64,000 nt of DNA from Somniosus microcephalus (Eukaryota): assembly GCA_052327205.1 (NCBI GenBank), contig CM126219.1, positions 63,178,001 through 63,242,000 on the forward strand, given 5' to 3'. A program made the translations under genes and the position numbers. The notes under the pieces were generated by a model that saw only the letters and a list, made by a program, of their open reading frames with translations, was not told the origin of the DNA and made no database searches. Positions 11,560 through 24,700 of this stretch are shown here, piece after piece. Position 1 is the first letter of the stretch. Each line of letters begins with the position of its first letter.

Positions 11560-14500
11560 TGCGAGCTGGGAGTGTGCTCTATGGCTGCGTTGTATGTCAC
11601 ATCTGCTTTTTTTGGCACAAGAAAACACTCCATCACTACATGGCCCTTGCCAGCTGTACAATTTAATAGAAATGACTAAGGAGAAAGTTTCCAATTAAAG
11701 CTTTTTGTCTGTTCTAATGCAACAACTTTCATCTACAACACAACATTCCATAATATTTTTAAACAGGTAATATTTACAAACTGTTGACAGGCTTTTAAAT
11801 AACTGACAAAAATACTGTAAACTTTAAGTTACAAAACTAGCAAAAAACACAGCGGATGCAACAGTCATAACTGGCAATCATAAAAAAAGACAAAGGTGAA
11901 GTCGCTTAAAATTCATCCATAGGACGATCGACTTAAGAGTATGATCAGTAGCTAATGGGGCTGTATATTTTGATGGCATACACAAGCAGCTTTTAGAAAC
12001 TATCAGAAGTAATATTTGCTGTATGATCAAATCTCACCAGACTTTCTACTCCAACTTCAGTAATGACCATAATGGCATCTTACCACCATTTTAGGTTTCA
12101 GCCTAAAACCTGTAAGTCAAGGTGTAGCATAAACCCCCATTATGAAGTAAAAGACTTAGAAACAAAGTGCAACTTATAAATAAGCTATTATTGTAACTTC
12201 ACAATTCACTGTACATTGCTTCTGTCAAACAGCAGATTCTCCCCTAAATAGAATGACATTACATATTTGAACGGTCCTCTCCCTCTTTCAAACCCAATAT
12301 AGTAGCAGCGTCAGCCCTTTCTGGCCCTAGTTAATGGAGTTGAAGTACACATTAGATGTAAGTGAGTCAGGAGGCATCAAACGTATGCAAGTAATGCTCT
12401 AAATTTGATAATTACTTGTGATTTTCATTAGAAATGATCAAGTTATGGCATGTACTACTGAAGAACATGAAAACTGTAAATCCTGGGTTCAACAGACCCC
12501 AGATTAACTTCATATTTACATTCTACCTTTTGAAGCACAACAGTTGATCCTTAGGAACCGTATTTGCTCGTGGGTACCTTGAGCAACAACCTACCTCCGA
12601 CTGAAAGCTTATTACGGATTGTTGCTAAAAAAAAGTCTTAATAGCTGAATAGTCAGATCCCAGTGATCAAAATAGTACTGGAATACTCGATGAGAAATAG
12701 ACAAATAGCATAAAAGGAAACACTGAAGGACGATTTATCAACTCAAGGGCTGCTATCCAGAAATTGGTTGAAGGATGAATTAGAGATTCAATTAGATTTT
12801 TTAATTGTCCTGTATGTGGACAACAGAAGCAGCTGGTAGTCATATGGAGATCTATTAACTTGAAGGGCAAGGGCAATGGTACCCAGCTATTTGCTGCTTA
12901 AAATGTGGACACATATCTTGTTAGAAGTTGCCATCTACTGTAAGATATCATATGTACTACAGCAATTGTAGGAGGGTTAAATCACCAGGAATATGTATTC
13001 CAGCCATTAAAAAAAACACTTTTCCACTAGCCAGAGTTACTAATTTCTGATGCAGATAGAAAACCAGTTGCACAGAAATTTGTCAGGGAAATGCAATTAG
13101 TAAAGGAAAAAAGTCCATACCCTGACCAGTTCCATAAAAGATTGCACAGTACAAGAGCTTAAAGGACCGTCTTGTATCAGTATGGAATTCAAGCACACAC
13201 GGTGAAAATATTTGATTAAGATGTCAATATAACTACTACTCCTGCTGGAGTTTCAACACATCACCATGAATGGTTCAAACCACCAGTTTATTAATGTTCA
13301 ATTTGTGGTGTAAAACACACAAGTGGGGGATGCAGTGATACTATGTTTACCTTATTCAGAGGTTGAGGTTTTACATATTTGTACAGTAATGGGTACCCGA
13401 GTATTCCCATTATACAACCTCTATTAACCTTCAGGCTTTGACTGCCTTGGTATCCTATACACAAACTTCATACATTTCTCACGTAACAATATAAAATGGC
13501 TGACCAAAAAAATCACATATAGATGGCATCAAGTCACTTAAAGAAGCATTTAAGCATCAAGTGCTTGTACATTTAAAGTAAGGAGAACAATCAGCACGGA
13601 AGAGTTTTATTTCTATCTAGTTATGATTTCAATTTTACAAAATTAGGGAAGTACACCACTTCCAAATATATCACTTTCATCTTTTATTTTGCAATTGTAC
13701 GAGTGAATTGTTCATCGTGATCAAGTTGAGGGATGGTGGTTCAATTTTGACCGCGCACATTTCAATTTTTGGTTCCCAGCATCAGCGGCACATACTCCCA
13801 AAGTCAGGAAGAGCAGATTAGATGCAGAGCACAGCCCCCTGCAGTGTCCCATCATTCTCACTCCAAGCAACAATATGTCCCTTGTAAATAAAAGCTTAAG
13901 CGTACAGTTGATGCATCACTTGCTGAACCAGGACTGAAGCATAGTGAGCTACAGGAAAGCTCTGGCTCGCTGTTCGTACCCCAGTGCAAACTTCCAAGTC
14001 TTTTTGTCCAGCCAGCAAACGCCAGGATCAAATTCATGACACATCTGTTCTTGTTGCAATTACCTCCAATCGCATCCTGTTATATCACCTAACAAAAAAG
14101 GCATTGAATGTAACCTTTGCAGGTCACATCCTATTGTGCTATTGACACTACTTTCCCCATTTCTGACACCAGCCATCCTTATTGCAGGTATTAGATAACA
14201 AAGTTAGTATCAATTTGTGGAAATTATGGACAGTTTTGTTCTGTGAGCCTATGCCCACTGAGAACTGGGTTGAGACTGGCCAAACTCATTTCATTTTGGA
14301 GTGTCTCAGCCAGCAGGGAGAGAAGTGTCAGCAGTCTCTGCTGAGTTCAAGCCTAGGTCCCAAATGAGAGAGAGGACAATACAACAAACCCACCGCACCA
14401 AATAGCTAATCACTTTCACTTAATATTCACAGTCGAGTTCGGAGATATTTGTTCCAGTTGTTTGATGGTCAAGTGCATGAACTCTTCACTCACGTTTAAA

Positions 14501-15567
14501 AATGACGTTATATCAGTCTTTTAAAAAAAAAATACAAGATTCTGTTCTCAATTTAGATGGTGCCCAATTTTGTACTTGACCTTTGTTAAGCATCTGATGA
14601 TAAACCAGCAGTGCAGAAAGAACCGGACTAACATGACAGGAAACAGGATTACTTACTGGTTGTTCCATTGCCTTGAAATCCCCCATAACTTTGAATGTAT
14701 GAAAAAGAGAGTCCGCAGGAAATAAATTAATTGAAACCTCAACTTATTGGTGCAATGTGACAGTGGTAACATAGATTATTGATGAGCGCTGCGGCCATTC
14801 CACAGATCATGGCATTAATTGTTAGGTATGTAGGCCATGTCCTGGGCGTCTTTCTAACTGCAAAGTCAAAAGAAAAACGCAAAGTACACACATGTGAAAC
14901 ACACTTCTATTTACAGTTGTCTTGCAAAAATAAAGATTAAGCAAATCTTGTACTTTTAAGAAATGCTACTGTGGTCTTCAAACAGTTTAAAACGTGGTTA
15001 ATGGCAGCTAATTATTGCAGTGCACGTATATACTTCACTGGAATCAAAAACACCATGGCATTCAATGGATAGCATTAGAAGATTTCGCATCTGTTCTGAA
15101 TTGAACACTTGGTAGCTGAAACAAGGTAACTGAATGAGAACAGGCACCTGAAAGGCAAGATCTACTGTGTTTATCTAAATTGATAATTGAGTTGTAGGTT
15201 ACCATTTTATACAAATAAAGATTTGCGTAGTTAATAAATAGTCCCTTGTGCATGCCAATAAAATATATGCCATCTACAACGTTTAGCACACAAAGAATTA
15301 ATTAATTACATCAGTAAAGGCAAGGATATTTTTTTAAAAAAGGAACAGAGTCCGGAAAGGCTCTCAGTATCCAGGTAATGAACAAATGCAACAAAGTCTT
15401 GTTTATTTGTACAAAAAACATTTTAAAACTCTAATAAATACTGTGTGGTGGGTATCAGCTTTTACAACCAACAAGCAGATAGCCACGGGAGTATTGTTCA
15501 CATCCTGTGAGCACAAAAAAGGGGGAAAAGTCTAACAAGTTCATCTTCTCCTCAAAGGAGGAGAAAA
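11535..15567 (-). other. TRIM33: Long 3'UTR of TRIM33 (~4 kb, inferred)
   Basis: Follows the TAA stop; AU-rich with no recognisable TE; ends at a well-formed poly(A) signal; mammalian TRIM33 also has a multi-kb 3'UTR. Confidence 0.6.
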
Positions 15568-15783
15568 TTATTTAATGTGCACTGGCCTGTCATCCGACTT
15601 TAGCCGCTTTCGCCTAGGTTGAACGAAGTCATCGTCCGAATCCTCGCTAATATGAGCTTCATCTTCGTGGTCGGAATCGGATTCTACCAGAGGTGTAAAG
15701 GTTCTGTCTGAATAAACCACCTGTAGTTTTGCTTCAAAATAGCTTTCTAGAGCCTTTCCAGCCTGGGCCACCTCTGAATCTGC
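15568..15783 (-). CDS. TRIM33: TRIM33 last coding exon: end of bromodomain, acidic tract, NLS-like RRKRLK, stop
   Basis: tttag|GCA GAT TCA = [17 protein letters not shown]...RPVHIK*; 216 nt. Confidence 0.96.
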   Translation of the reverse strand, partial: ADSEVAQAGKALESYFEAKLQVVYSDRTFTPLVESDSDHEDEAHISEDSDDDFVQPRRKRLKSDDRPVHIK

Positions 15784-18700
15784 CTAAAAGTGAAAGCAAT
15801 ACAAAAGTATTTAATCTTACTACCAACAGACCAGAATCCCCATTATAACAAAGTATTCATTTATTAAAGCCCTTGATTATTAGTAGGTAACTTGTGGTGT
15901 GACAAACCCATACAGACCTTCAATTCCCCAATGTGCTCTAAGTTAGTTGATCTCAGCTAGGAGAGGAGCTGAATTCTTATAATTGAGCTTAATGCTCTTA
16001 GGCTTTGAGAGCGAGTGTGGGAAATCAGCCAAGGCTCCCACTTTACAGTCAAATGGTCTCTGCTGGAAAGTTTGCTCGTGTAGACTTCAGCGGAGGACAG
16101 GATCAGCTGTGAAGTCCTCCACACTCTAATAGCCTACCAAAACTCTCTGTCTACACTCACAAATGTCCACTTAGATGAGGAAACAGGGGGCTGCTAGTCC
16201 CGATTAAACTATACTCAGGCAAATTATCACCTTCAGGTTAGGAGAACATTGGGACAAATTCTTCAATGGATCACAATTTGCATACAAAATCCACCTCAAA
16301 CTTTCAAAATAGGATGCATCTCTGAAAATGTGTTCAGTGTATACAAGATCTTCAAAATAAAATGCACCCAGATTTTAAACTCTTCTGATTTAAAAGATGT
16401 ACACCCCGAGACAAGATGGTCATGTGCTGTTTCAAGGAATGCCTATGGTTTTTAGAAGTACCTCAGCATTAGGATAAGGAAGATATGCTTTTCTCATTAA
16501 CCTCTTTGTAATCATACACTGCTCCCCGTCACAATCATATTTGTAATGCGTTATCGTGGTAAATCTACTTATTATACAATGTCAGCATGCCACAAAATAT
16601 CAGCCCTGGTCCTACACTAGGCAAGCCTTTTCATGCATATCTTTGCGCACACTACATAAAACGCTGATTATAGATAAACTACAGAGTCCTCATTTACCAC
16701 ATACAGACCACATTCCAAACCAGACATTAACTCTTGTGTAGGCTTCATATCCAAATGAAAACCATAAATTGCATTTATATAGGGCCTTTCATGACCAAGA
16801 TGTCCCAAAGTGCTTCACAGCTAATGAAGTACTTTTGAAATGTAGGTATTGTAGGTAAATGTAGCCAATATGTTTACAAGGGCCCACAAACAGCAATGAG
16901 AGAAGTGACCAGATAATCTGTTTTGGTGGGATTGGTTGAGGGATAAATGTTAGCCAGGACACTACCTTGTTTATCTACAAGTAGTGCCATGGGATCTTTT
17001 ACGTCTACCAGAGGGGGCAGCCGGGGCCTCAATTTAACATCTGATTCCAAAGATCTTGCAGCACTCCCTCAACTACTGCACTGAAGTGTTACCCTAGATT
17101 ATGTGCTCAGGTTTCTAGAGTAGGGCTTGAACCCACCACCTTCTGATTTAGTGGCATGAGTGCTACCACTGAGCCAAGGCGGACACCTTAAGTGCAAGGT
17201 TAATGTGTGTGTATATACACCCCATGTCTGTATCTCTCCCTCAGCCATCACTTTCTTTTACTACCACATGCCTCCCTTAACTAGGAGAAATCATGCTCCC
17301 GACACCAATGGTGTAAATACAACTTGCATCATCAATCTGGGCTTGCAACAAAGCAAAATGGGCTTCAGTCACTGTCTTCCCCTATATCAGTTGCCAAGTG
17401 GGCAAACCTCAAGACAACGGAGGCATATTGAGGAATGGATTTCTATTGATAATATGCGTTTAGCGATACCTTTATAGTGCCCTCGCTCACAGCACCTGGC
17501 ATTATAATAAGTGAATTCCAGGCCTCTGTCACATCCGGGAGCTAAATTTTCATACATTCCACCATTAAAGGCAGCACAGAGCATTATCTTCTATTAGATA
17601 CCAATAGGCTCAATAGGGGCCAGTGACAATGTGAGAAAAAAATTGGACCAGGGGTACTTGTAGGTTGCTAATCTCCATCTCAGCTCCACTTTCCCACTGC
17701 GCAAAGAACAATATGACAACGGCAAAAGCGTCTTAGTTGACTACTGTAGAGCACTCCAACTGCTACAATACTGGGAGGCTTGTGCTCAAAGTAACGTAAT
17801 AACTGCTGCTGGTAAACTGAACATTTTCCTGTTTTTGGGCACCCAGCATCAAGCACTTCAAGATCATGCACAGCATGGCAGTGTGAAGAGCAAAGCTGCC
17901 TTTACTCTGCACAAAGTGCTTTAGACCAACAGAAGATCATCCCCTACTGCACCACTGTGACACACTATTTTTCCACACCTGCCATTCTCTGGTCTTCAAG
18001 AATAAGATTGTCAATTTAATGTCAATTAAGGAGCAGCAGTATGTTGTGGATCCATATCCATCAGACAATGGACTGAAGCTGTTAAACACATGCCAAGGAC
18101 ACTTGCAGCCAGCAAAGGAGACTTTTGTCTCATCTGGCTATCTGAATTTGAAGCAAAGGGTCAAAAGTTGAAGGCCAGTGTGCTAAACCACTCCTGTACA
18201 CAATGATTTTAATCTGGTACAATGGACAGCGGCTAAAATAAGATTTTTGAGCTATGTCTTAGTGAGGCACTAGCTTTTCATTTCTCGTCCATCATGTGGA
18301 ACTTTTTTTTTACATAAACAACCAAATTCAACTGATACACACTGCAGAGAAAGAAACAGGTCTGTCATAAGCAGGGGTGATGTTTTACCTTGGTTCTCAT
18401 TTCCCTTTCTTTGGTCCTCATGAGGGCTTGAGGACCATTTTGAACCCCAGGTAATAGGGTAACCTTTATGAGACAATAAAATTCATAACGTAAATTTGTT
18501 TTATGTTGCACTGATATAGACAAACATCAAAAAAAATTCCTTAATATCTGTACACTTTACCCCCTTAAGTGCATACTCACTTAAGTATTTGCACTACAAC
18601 AAAAATCCATGCTCCTTTTGTTTTAAAAGAAGGCTGGTCTGTGAAGAATGCAAAAATGAGAGGTGGCATAATATATTGATCAATAACTACATCAATATCA

Positions 18701-21700
18701 CTGGCAATTTTCATGCCACTATTAGCTTGTCTTCAATATCCTTTTTTGAATTATAAAATACTTACCCTCACTATGTGATCAAGCACCTTCTGCAATCTAA
18801 CTGAAATATTACGTGAACACATTTTGCAACACAAGATCACTGCTAAAAATGTAAAAACAAAATGACGATTTGCATCGCTAATAACAAACAGCAGTGTTTG
18901 TGCCTCGATTTATTGGGAATCTAGTGAGTAAGTTTTATTCTGAGTTCATCATGCTGTCTCGTTGTTAGAAAAGTAAACAAACATTTCTTAAGAATTTATA
19001 CCATATTTTGTGTGGACTCTTAGGTGTACAACACTGAAAACTATTGAAGTTCCCCACTGGGTTAAACACATATGGCTCTGTATTGAAACTTGGAGCCTAG
19101 GTCGAATTCTTGGTCTGTGTTCAGCGAGTTAGACTTAGCCATGGAAATACTGGTATTCTCAGTTATCAGGGTTTACATTCCTGACCACCAGCCAGTGACA
19201 CCCACTGGAAGTATGGGTGCATATTAGGGAAGGGCATGACCAGCCTGACCCACATAGCAACAGTCGTGGTGCAGGCCAGCACGAGACACTTAGAGAAGAG
19301 TAACAAGAGAGAAAATTGGTGTCGGTGCTGTGAATGGTTGGGGGGTGGGGTGGGGGAAGAAAGAGAGAAGAGAAAGAAAACTGATTTGCACTGCTTATTG
19401 CATGTGATGTGATGTACACACATATCCTCCAGCAATTACTGTACTTTGCAAATAGCTAATCGTAAATTTTCAATACAACTTCTTAGCTCAGACATGCTCA
19501 GAAACTGTTCTGGTTAGAGGGCAACAGATGATTTGTATACTGCCTGAACATCGGGTGCTAGCGCAAATGAGATCTTGTCTATCCTAACAAAGTTATGCAA
19601 ATAAATGCCAAATTAAGGGCAGAATTTAACACCCACAAAGCACTTCATAAATTCATCCTCCAACTTCAGCAGATATATCATGCAGCCTTGAGCAGTTTGC
19701 CTACGGAGAAAACAGGTGAGAAAAGAAGTTTGAAGTCTTACCCCTCCTCCATAAAATAACACTTCAATTTGAATTGAATGGGGAGAAATCTAAACATACA
19801 CTTAAAATTGTACGTCTCAATGCATCTATATTAATTAAAGTACTACAGAATTATACCAACAGAACTGCCAGGTTGTTTGAAGATAATAGTGCCTTGGGAT
19901 CATTTTCAGTTATTGAAGTTAAAAAAAGTCTCTGCTACTGAATTTTATACAAAAACATAGATTTAATGTTTTTAGAAAGCCAATTTGTACAGTAAATATG
20001 GTATTGCATTAAAGCAAAAGATGGAAAAATCTCTAAAGGAGCCAGCCAGGATGAAAGGCATACCCAAAAGGACTGCACATCTCAAACTCTACAAAAACTA
20101 TTAGCTAAATCAAACTGACTATCAAAATAGGCAACGTAGCTTGAGAATTGCCATTCTAGTCCCCAAGGATGGATGTTGCTGAAAAGAACCAACTCAGTAC
20201 AAATGATAATCAGTAATGTGGTCCTAAGTACAGGAAACTTTCGTTTAACCGGAGGTTAAATGTCCGGAAAGCTCTATCCACCGGCAAAATTCAGGAGTCG
20301 GTTCAGTTAAGTTTTTTTTACTTCTCGTTGCTTTTTTTCTCCAGTTGTGGCTCTGCAAGGTCTAGCTGAAGCTGTTGCTTAGCTACAGAGACGCTTGCAA
20401 GCTACGCCGACTGTTTTGAAGCTGTTGCTAAGCAACAGGGTTTGTTGCTTCACACGGAGCTCAGAAGCTCCGTATGTTTTAACGTTAGCGCTGGTTTCTC
20501 CGGCAGTTTTGTTGGAACGGCAACAGCTCGGTCCCGTCAGTGCCGGATACCAGAAAGTTTCCTGTACATGGAAAATAGCCCTATGAATAAACTTGCTTTT
20601 TATATATATGGCCATTGAACTCCATATATATTAATAGAGGGGTGTATATGTAGTGCAGTGACCACAAAGAAACCCTTGATCTCCAATCTGTCACAATAGT
20701 CACACTATGGTCCTAAGTAAACAACACGGGTATCTGAAGATGAGAAAATTTACCAAGGCTCCATCATCATGCTACATTTAATCAAGAGGACCCAGCGCCA
20801 CAGATTTATATAATGTCTGCTGGAACCGCAAGTTATGAGGCATCACATCAAGATCCATAACGGGGTTCTCGTCTCACAATGGTCATGCTTACTACAGTTT
20901 AGTTTCCTTTAACATAGAAACATAGAAGATAGGAGGAGTAGGCCATTCGGCCCCTTGAGCCTGCTCCGCCATTCAATGCGATCATGGCTGATCCTCCAAA
21001 TTCAGTACCCTGTCCCTGCTTTCTCCCCATATCCCTTTAGCCTTAAGAAATATATCCAACTCCTTCTTGAATATATTTAATGAATTGGCCTCTACTGCCT
21101 TCTGTGGTAGAAAATTCCACAGGTTCACCACTCTCTGGGTGAAGAAATTCCTCATCTCTGTCCTAAATGGCTTACCCCTTATCCTTAGACTGTGACCCCT
21201 GGTTCTGGACTCCCTGACCATCGGAAACATCCTTCCTGCATCTAGTCTGTCTAGTCCTGTTAGAATTTTAAGCAAATTAACCAGGAAACCCAACTTACAA
21301 TGCTGCATTTTGAGAACAATTCCAGTTGAGAACAGTATTTAAGCAGTTTATGCAGAGTTGAAGCATCAGACTGTGGGGAGGAATTTGAAAGTAGCTGGCT
21401 AAATAGTTTTTGGCATTTGAAATGCTGTTGGAATGGCAATTTTAGCATTTCATTATATTTATTTATTTCAGGCATTTTTGCCAAATTAAAAGCTTGGAAA
21501 GCTTGGTCATGCACTTTGGCTCAATGGTCAAAGGCTGCAACCTGTGGAAAAAGTGGTAATGCACTGGCATTGTGCCGCTACTACCAAGGACAGGCCGAGT
21601 GCATAAAAACAAATACCAAGCCAAGACATGAAGCACCTGAACCACACAAGTAAGGAAGAAGACAAGACTTGCTGAAATGTTGTGCATCAGGGAACAGCCG

Positions 21701-24700
21701 TCACAGTCCATTCAGCCCAACTAGTCTATGCCAGCGTTTACGCTCCACACGAGCCTCCTCCCACCCCTCTTCATCTGACCTCATCAGCATACCCTTTTTT
21801 AATATGGAGTCCAGAACTGTTCACAGTACTCCAAGTGTGGTCTAATCAAGGTTCTATACAAGTTTAATATAAATTCTCTGCTTTAGAATTCTATTCCTCT
21901 AGAAATTGCTTTTTTTATGGCTACTTTTAATGATGTGAATTTGTACCCTTAGAGCCTCTATCCCATTTAGACTAATTTTCCACTGTGTAGGTGGCCTACA
22001 TATTCCTCCTACCAAAATGCACCAACTATTGAAATTCATTTGGCATTTACACACCCATTTTGCAAGTTTGGTAATACCTTTTATTTTGTCGCTGTACTCC
22101 TCAGTACAGGAAACTCTCGATTTACCGGCACCTAAATAACCGGAAATCTCTTAACCGGCAAAATTCAGGAGTAGGTTCGGGTAAGTTTTACTTCATATTA
22201 GTGGCCGTGTAACCGGGGTTCCTGCACCTGTTGCTATGCAACAGGGATGCCTGGATCTGTGGCCGGGGTTCGTGCACCTGTTGCTATGCAACAGGGACGC
22301 CTGGATCTGTGGCCGGGGTTCGTGCACCTGTTGCTATGCAACAGGGACGCCTGGATCTGTGGCCGTGTATGGGGCTCTCGTGCCTTTTACTATACCTCTC
22401 TGTAATCCGGGCTTTTTGATAAAACCGGCACCACGCTGGTCCCGTCGGTGCCGGATAAAAAAAAAGAGTTTCCTATATTAACTATTTGGTGTCATCCGCA
22501 AATTTTGATATTGTACTTCCGATTCTGAATAATTTATGCAAATGGTGAACAATAGTAGTCCCAGCATCGATCTCCGTGGAACACCACTTCCCACCTTCCG
22601 TCAGTCTGAGTAACTACCTTTAACCCCATCTCTGTTTTCCGTTTCGTAGCCAGTTTGCTATCCATTCTGCGAATTGTCCCGACTCCACATGCTCTGACCG
22701 TAGTCATGAGTCTACTTATCAAAGGCCTTTTGAAAGTCCATGTATATTACATCTACTGCATTACCCTTGTCTACTCTTTCTGTTACTTGTTCAGAGAATT
22801 CAATAAGGTTGGTCATGCAGGAAATCTGTGCTGACGCTACTTTACTTTTGGTTTCTAGATGAAATTCAAATCGAATCTGGACATGTTTAAGCATATGTGG
22901 AAAATAAACACTTAATATGGATTGCAAAACTTAACACCACTGTGGTAACAGAACTGAAGTTTTGGTGCATTTGAAACTTGTACACATACAAATTTACAAA
23001 TTATACTTACTTCATTGAACTTTTCACAGTTCTTGAAAATGAGCCTAATGTCAACCACAAAGTTCTCTGGTGTTTGGTAATGTTGAGAGTGTTTTTTCTG
23101 CAATTTCATTTTCACTCTGGATAAATCCATTGGATTCTTAATAATTCTGTAGTAATCTGGAACCTTGGAGGAAAAAAGGCATCTTGATTCCACTTTAATG
23201 CAGATTTCAGTTATATCTGTAGCCCAAGTCCCAACCAGTGTGCTCAATGCTGTTATTGGACATGGGGGTGGGAAAGCAGGTAAGAAAAAGACGAAATGTT
23301 CCAACTTTAGTACTGATTGGTATAAAAATGCTGTCCTGATTTTGTTGAGTGATGCAACAAAAATGTTAACATGCACTTATTTAGCAGCTTTAACATAGGA
23401 AAAACGTCCAAAGGCACTTCAGACATAATCAAAAAAAAGATGGAGCGAAAGCAGGAGATTTTAGGAGCGGTGACCAAATGCTTGGTGAAAGAGGTGGGGT
23501 TTAAGGAGGGTCTTAAAGGAGGAGAGGGAAGCGGAGGTAGAGAGCAGTTTAAGGAGAAAATTCCAGAGTGCAGAGCTTAGGCAGCAGAAGGCAAGGCTGC
23601 TAATGGTGGAGGGAAGAAAGGAATACACAAGAGGCTAGTCAGAGAAAGTGTGTTCCAGAAGAGGGGGGAGTGTAGATCTGGAGGAGATTACAGATATAGG
23701 ATGGGGCAAGGCCATGAAGGGAATTAAACATAAGGATGACAATTTCAAATTGAGGTGTTGGGGGACGAGAGTCAATGTACATCAACAGAAACAGGAGCGG
23801 TAGGCGAGCTGTGGGATAGGATATGGGCAGCTGAGTGTTAGATGATCTGAAGTTTATGATGGGTGGAAGAAGAGAGGCCGACCAGAAGAGCATTGGAATA
23901 TACAGGGAATGAGGGAGAGATGGAAGGAGGGATACGGTAAGGGGGTCAGAAGCTCAACTCGGGGTTGACTAAGATTGCAAACAGTCTGGTTCAGGCAGAG
24001 ATGGTGGCTAGAGAGTGATTTGGGTCATTGGCATGGGTACAGAGTTAGTGGTGGGGGCCGAAGACAATGGCTTTGGTCGTCCCATGTTTAGCTAGAGGAA
24101 ATAGCAGCTCATCCAGGACTGAATGTCAGACAGGCAGTCTGACAGAACATTGGCAGTGCAAGGGTCGAGAGAGGTAGTACAGGTGCATCACAATCACACA
24201 AAAATCACAAAAACCCCACAGTGCAGATAGAGGCCATTTCGGCCCATCGAGCCTGCACCGACACATATCCCACCCGATCCCCGTAACCCCTACACCAACA
24301 CATATCCCACCCTATCTCCGTAACCCCACGTATTTAATCCCCCTAACACTAAGGGTCAATTTATCATAGCCAATCAACCTAACCCGCACATCTTTGGACT
24401 GTGGGAGGAAACCGGAGCACCCGGAGGAAACCCACGCAAACACGGGGAGAATGTGCAAACTCCACACAGTCACCCGAGGCCAGATTCGAACCCGGGTCCC
24501 TGGCGCTGTGAGGCAACAGTGCTAACCACTATGCCACCGTGCCCCACACAGGGCATGTGGAAGCTGGCCCCGTGTCTGGAGATGCTGTTGCCAAGGGGTA
24601 GTGTGTAAATGACAAGGAGAAGGGGTTTAAATATAGATCCTCAAAGGAGTCTGAAGGAAACAATGCAAGGGCTAGAAGAAAAGGCATTGATGGAAATGCT

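Noticed and set aside
18270-18341. Alternative terminal exon (ctttctctgcag|[13 protein letters not shown]) and a GTAAGT-bounded micro-exon near 18766-18800
   Set aside because: Splice-like signals only, with no homology or other support; expected by chance in a 7-kb intron.
24475-24545. tRNA gene (also the heads at ~8790-8859, ~17120-17189 and ~51640-51700)
   Set aside because: These tRNA-like A/B boxes are SINE heads continuous with SINE bodies.
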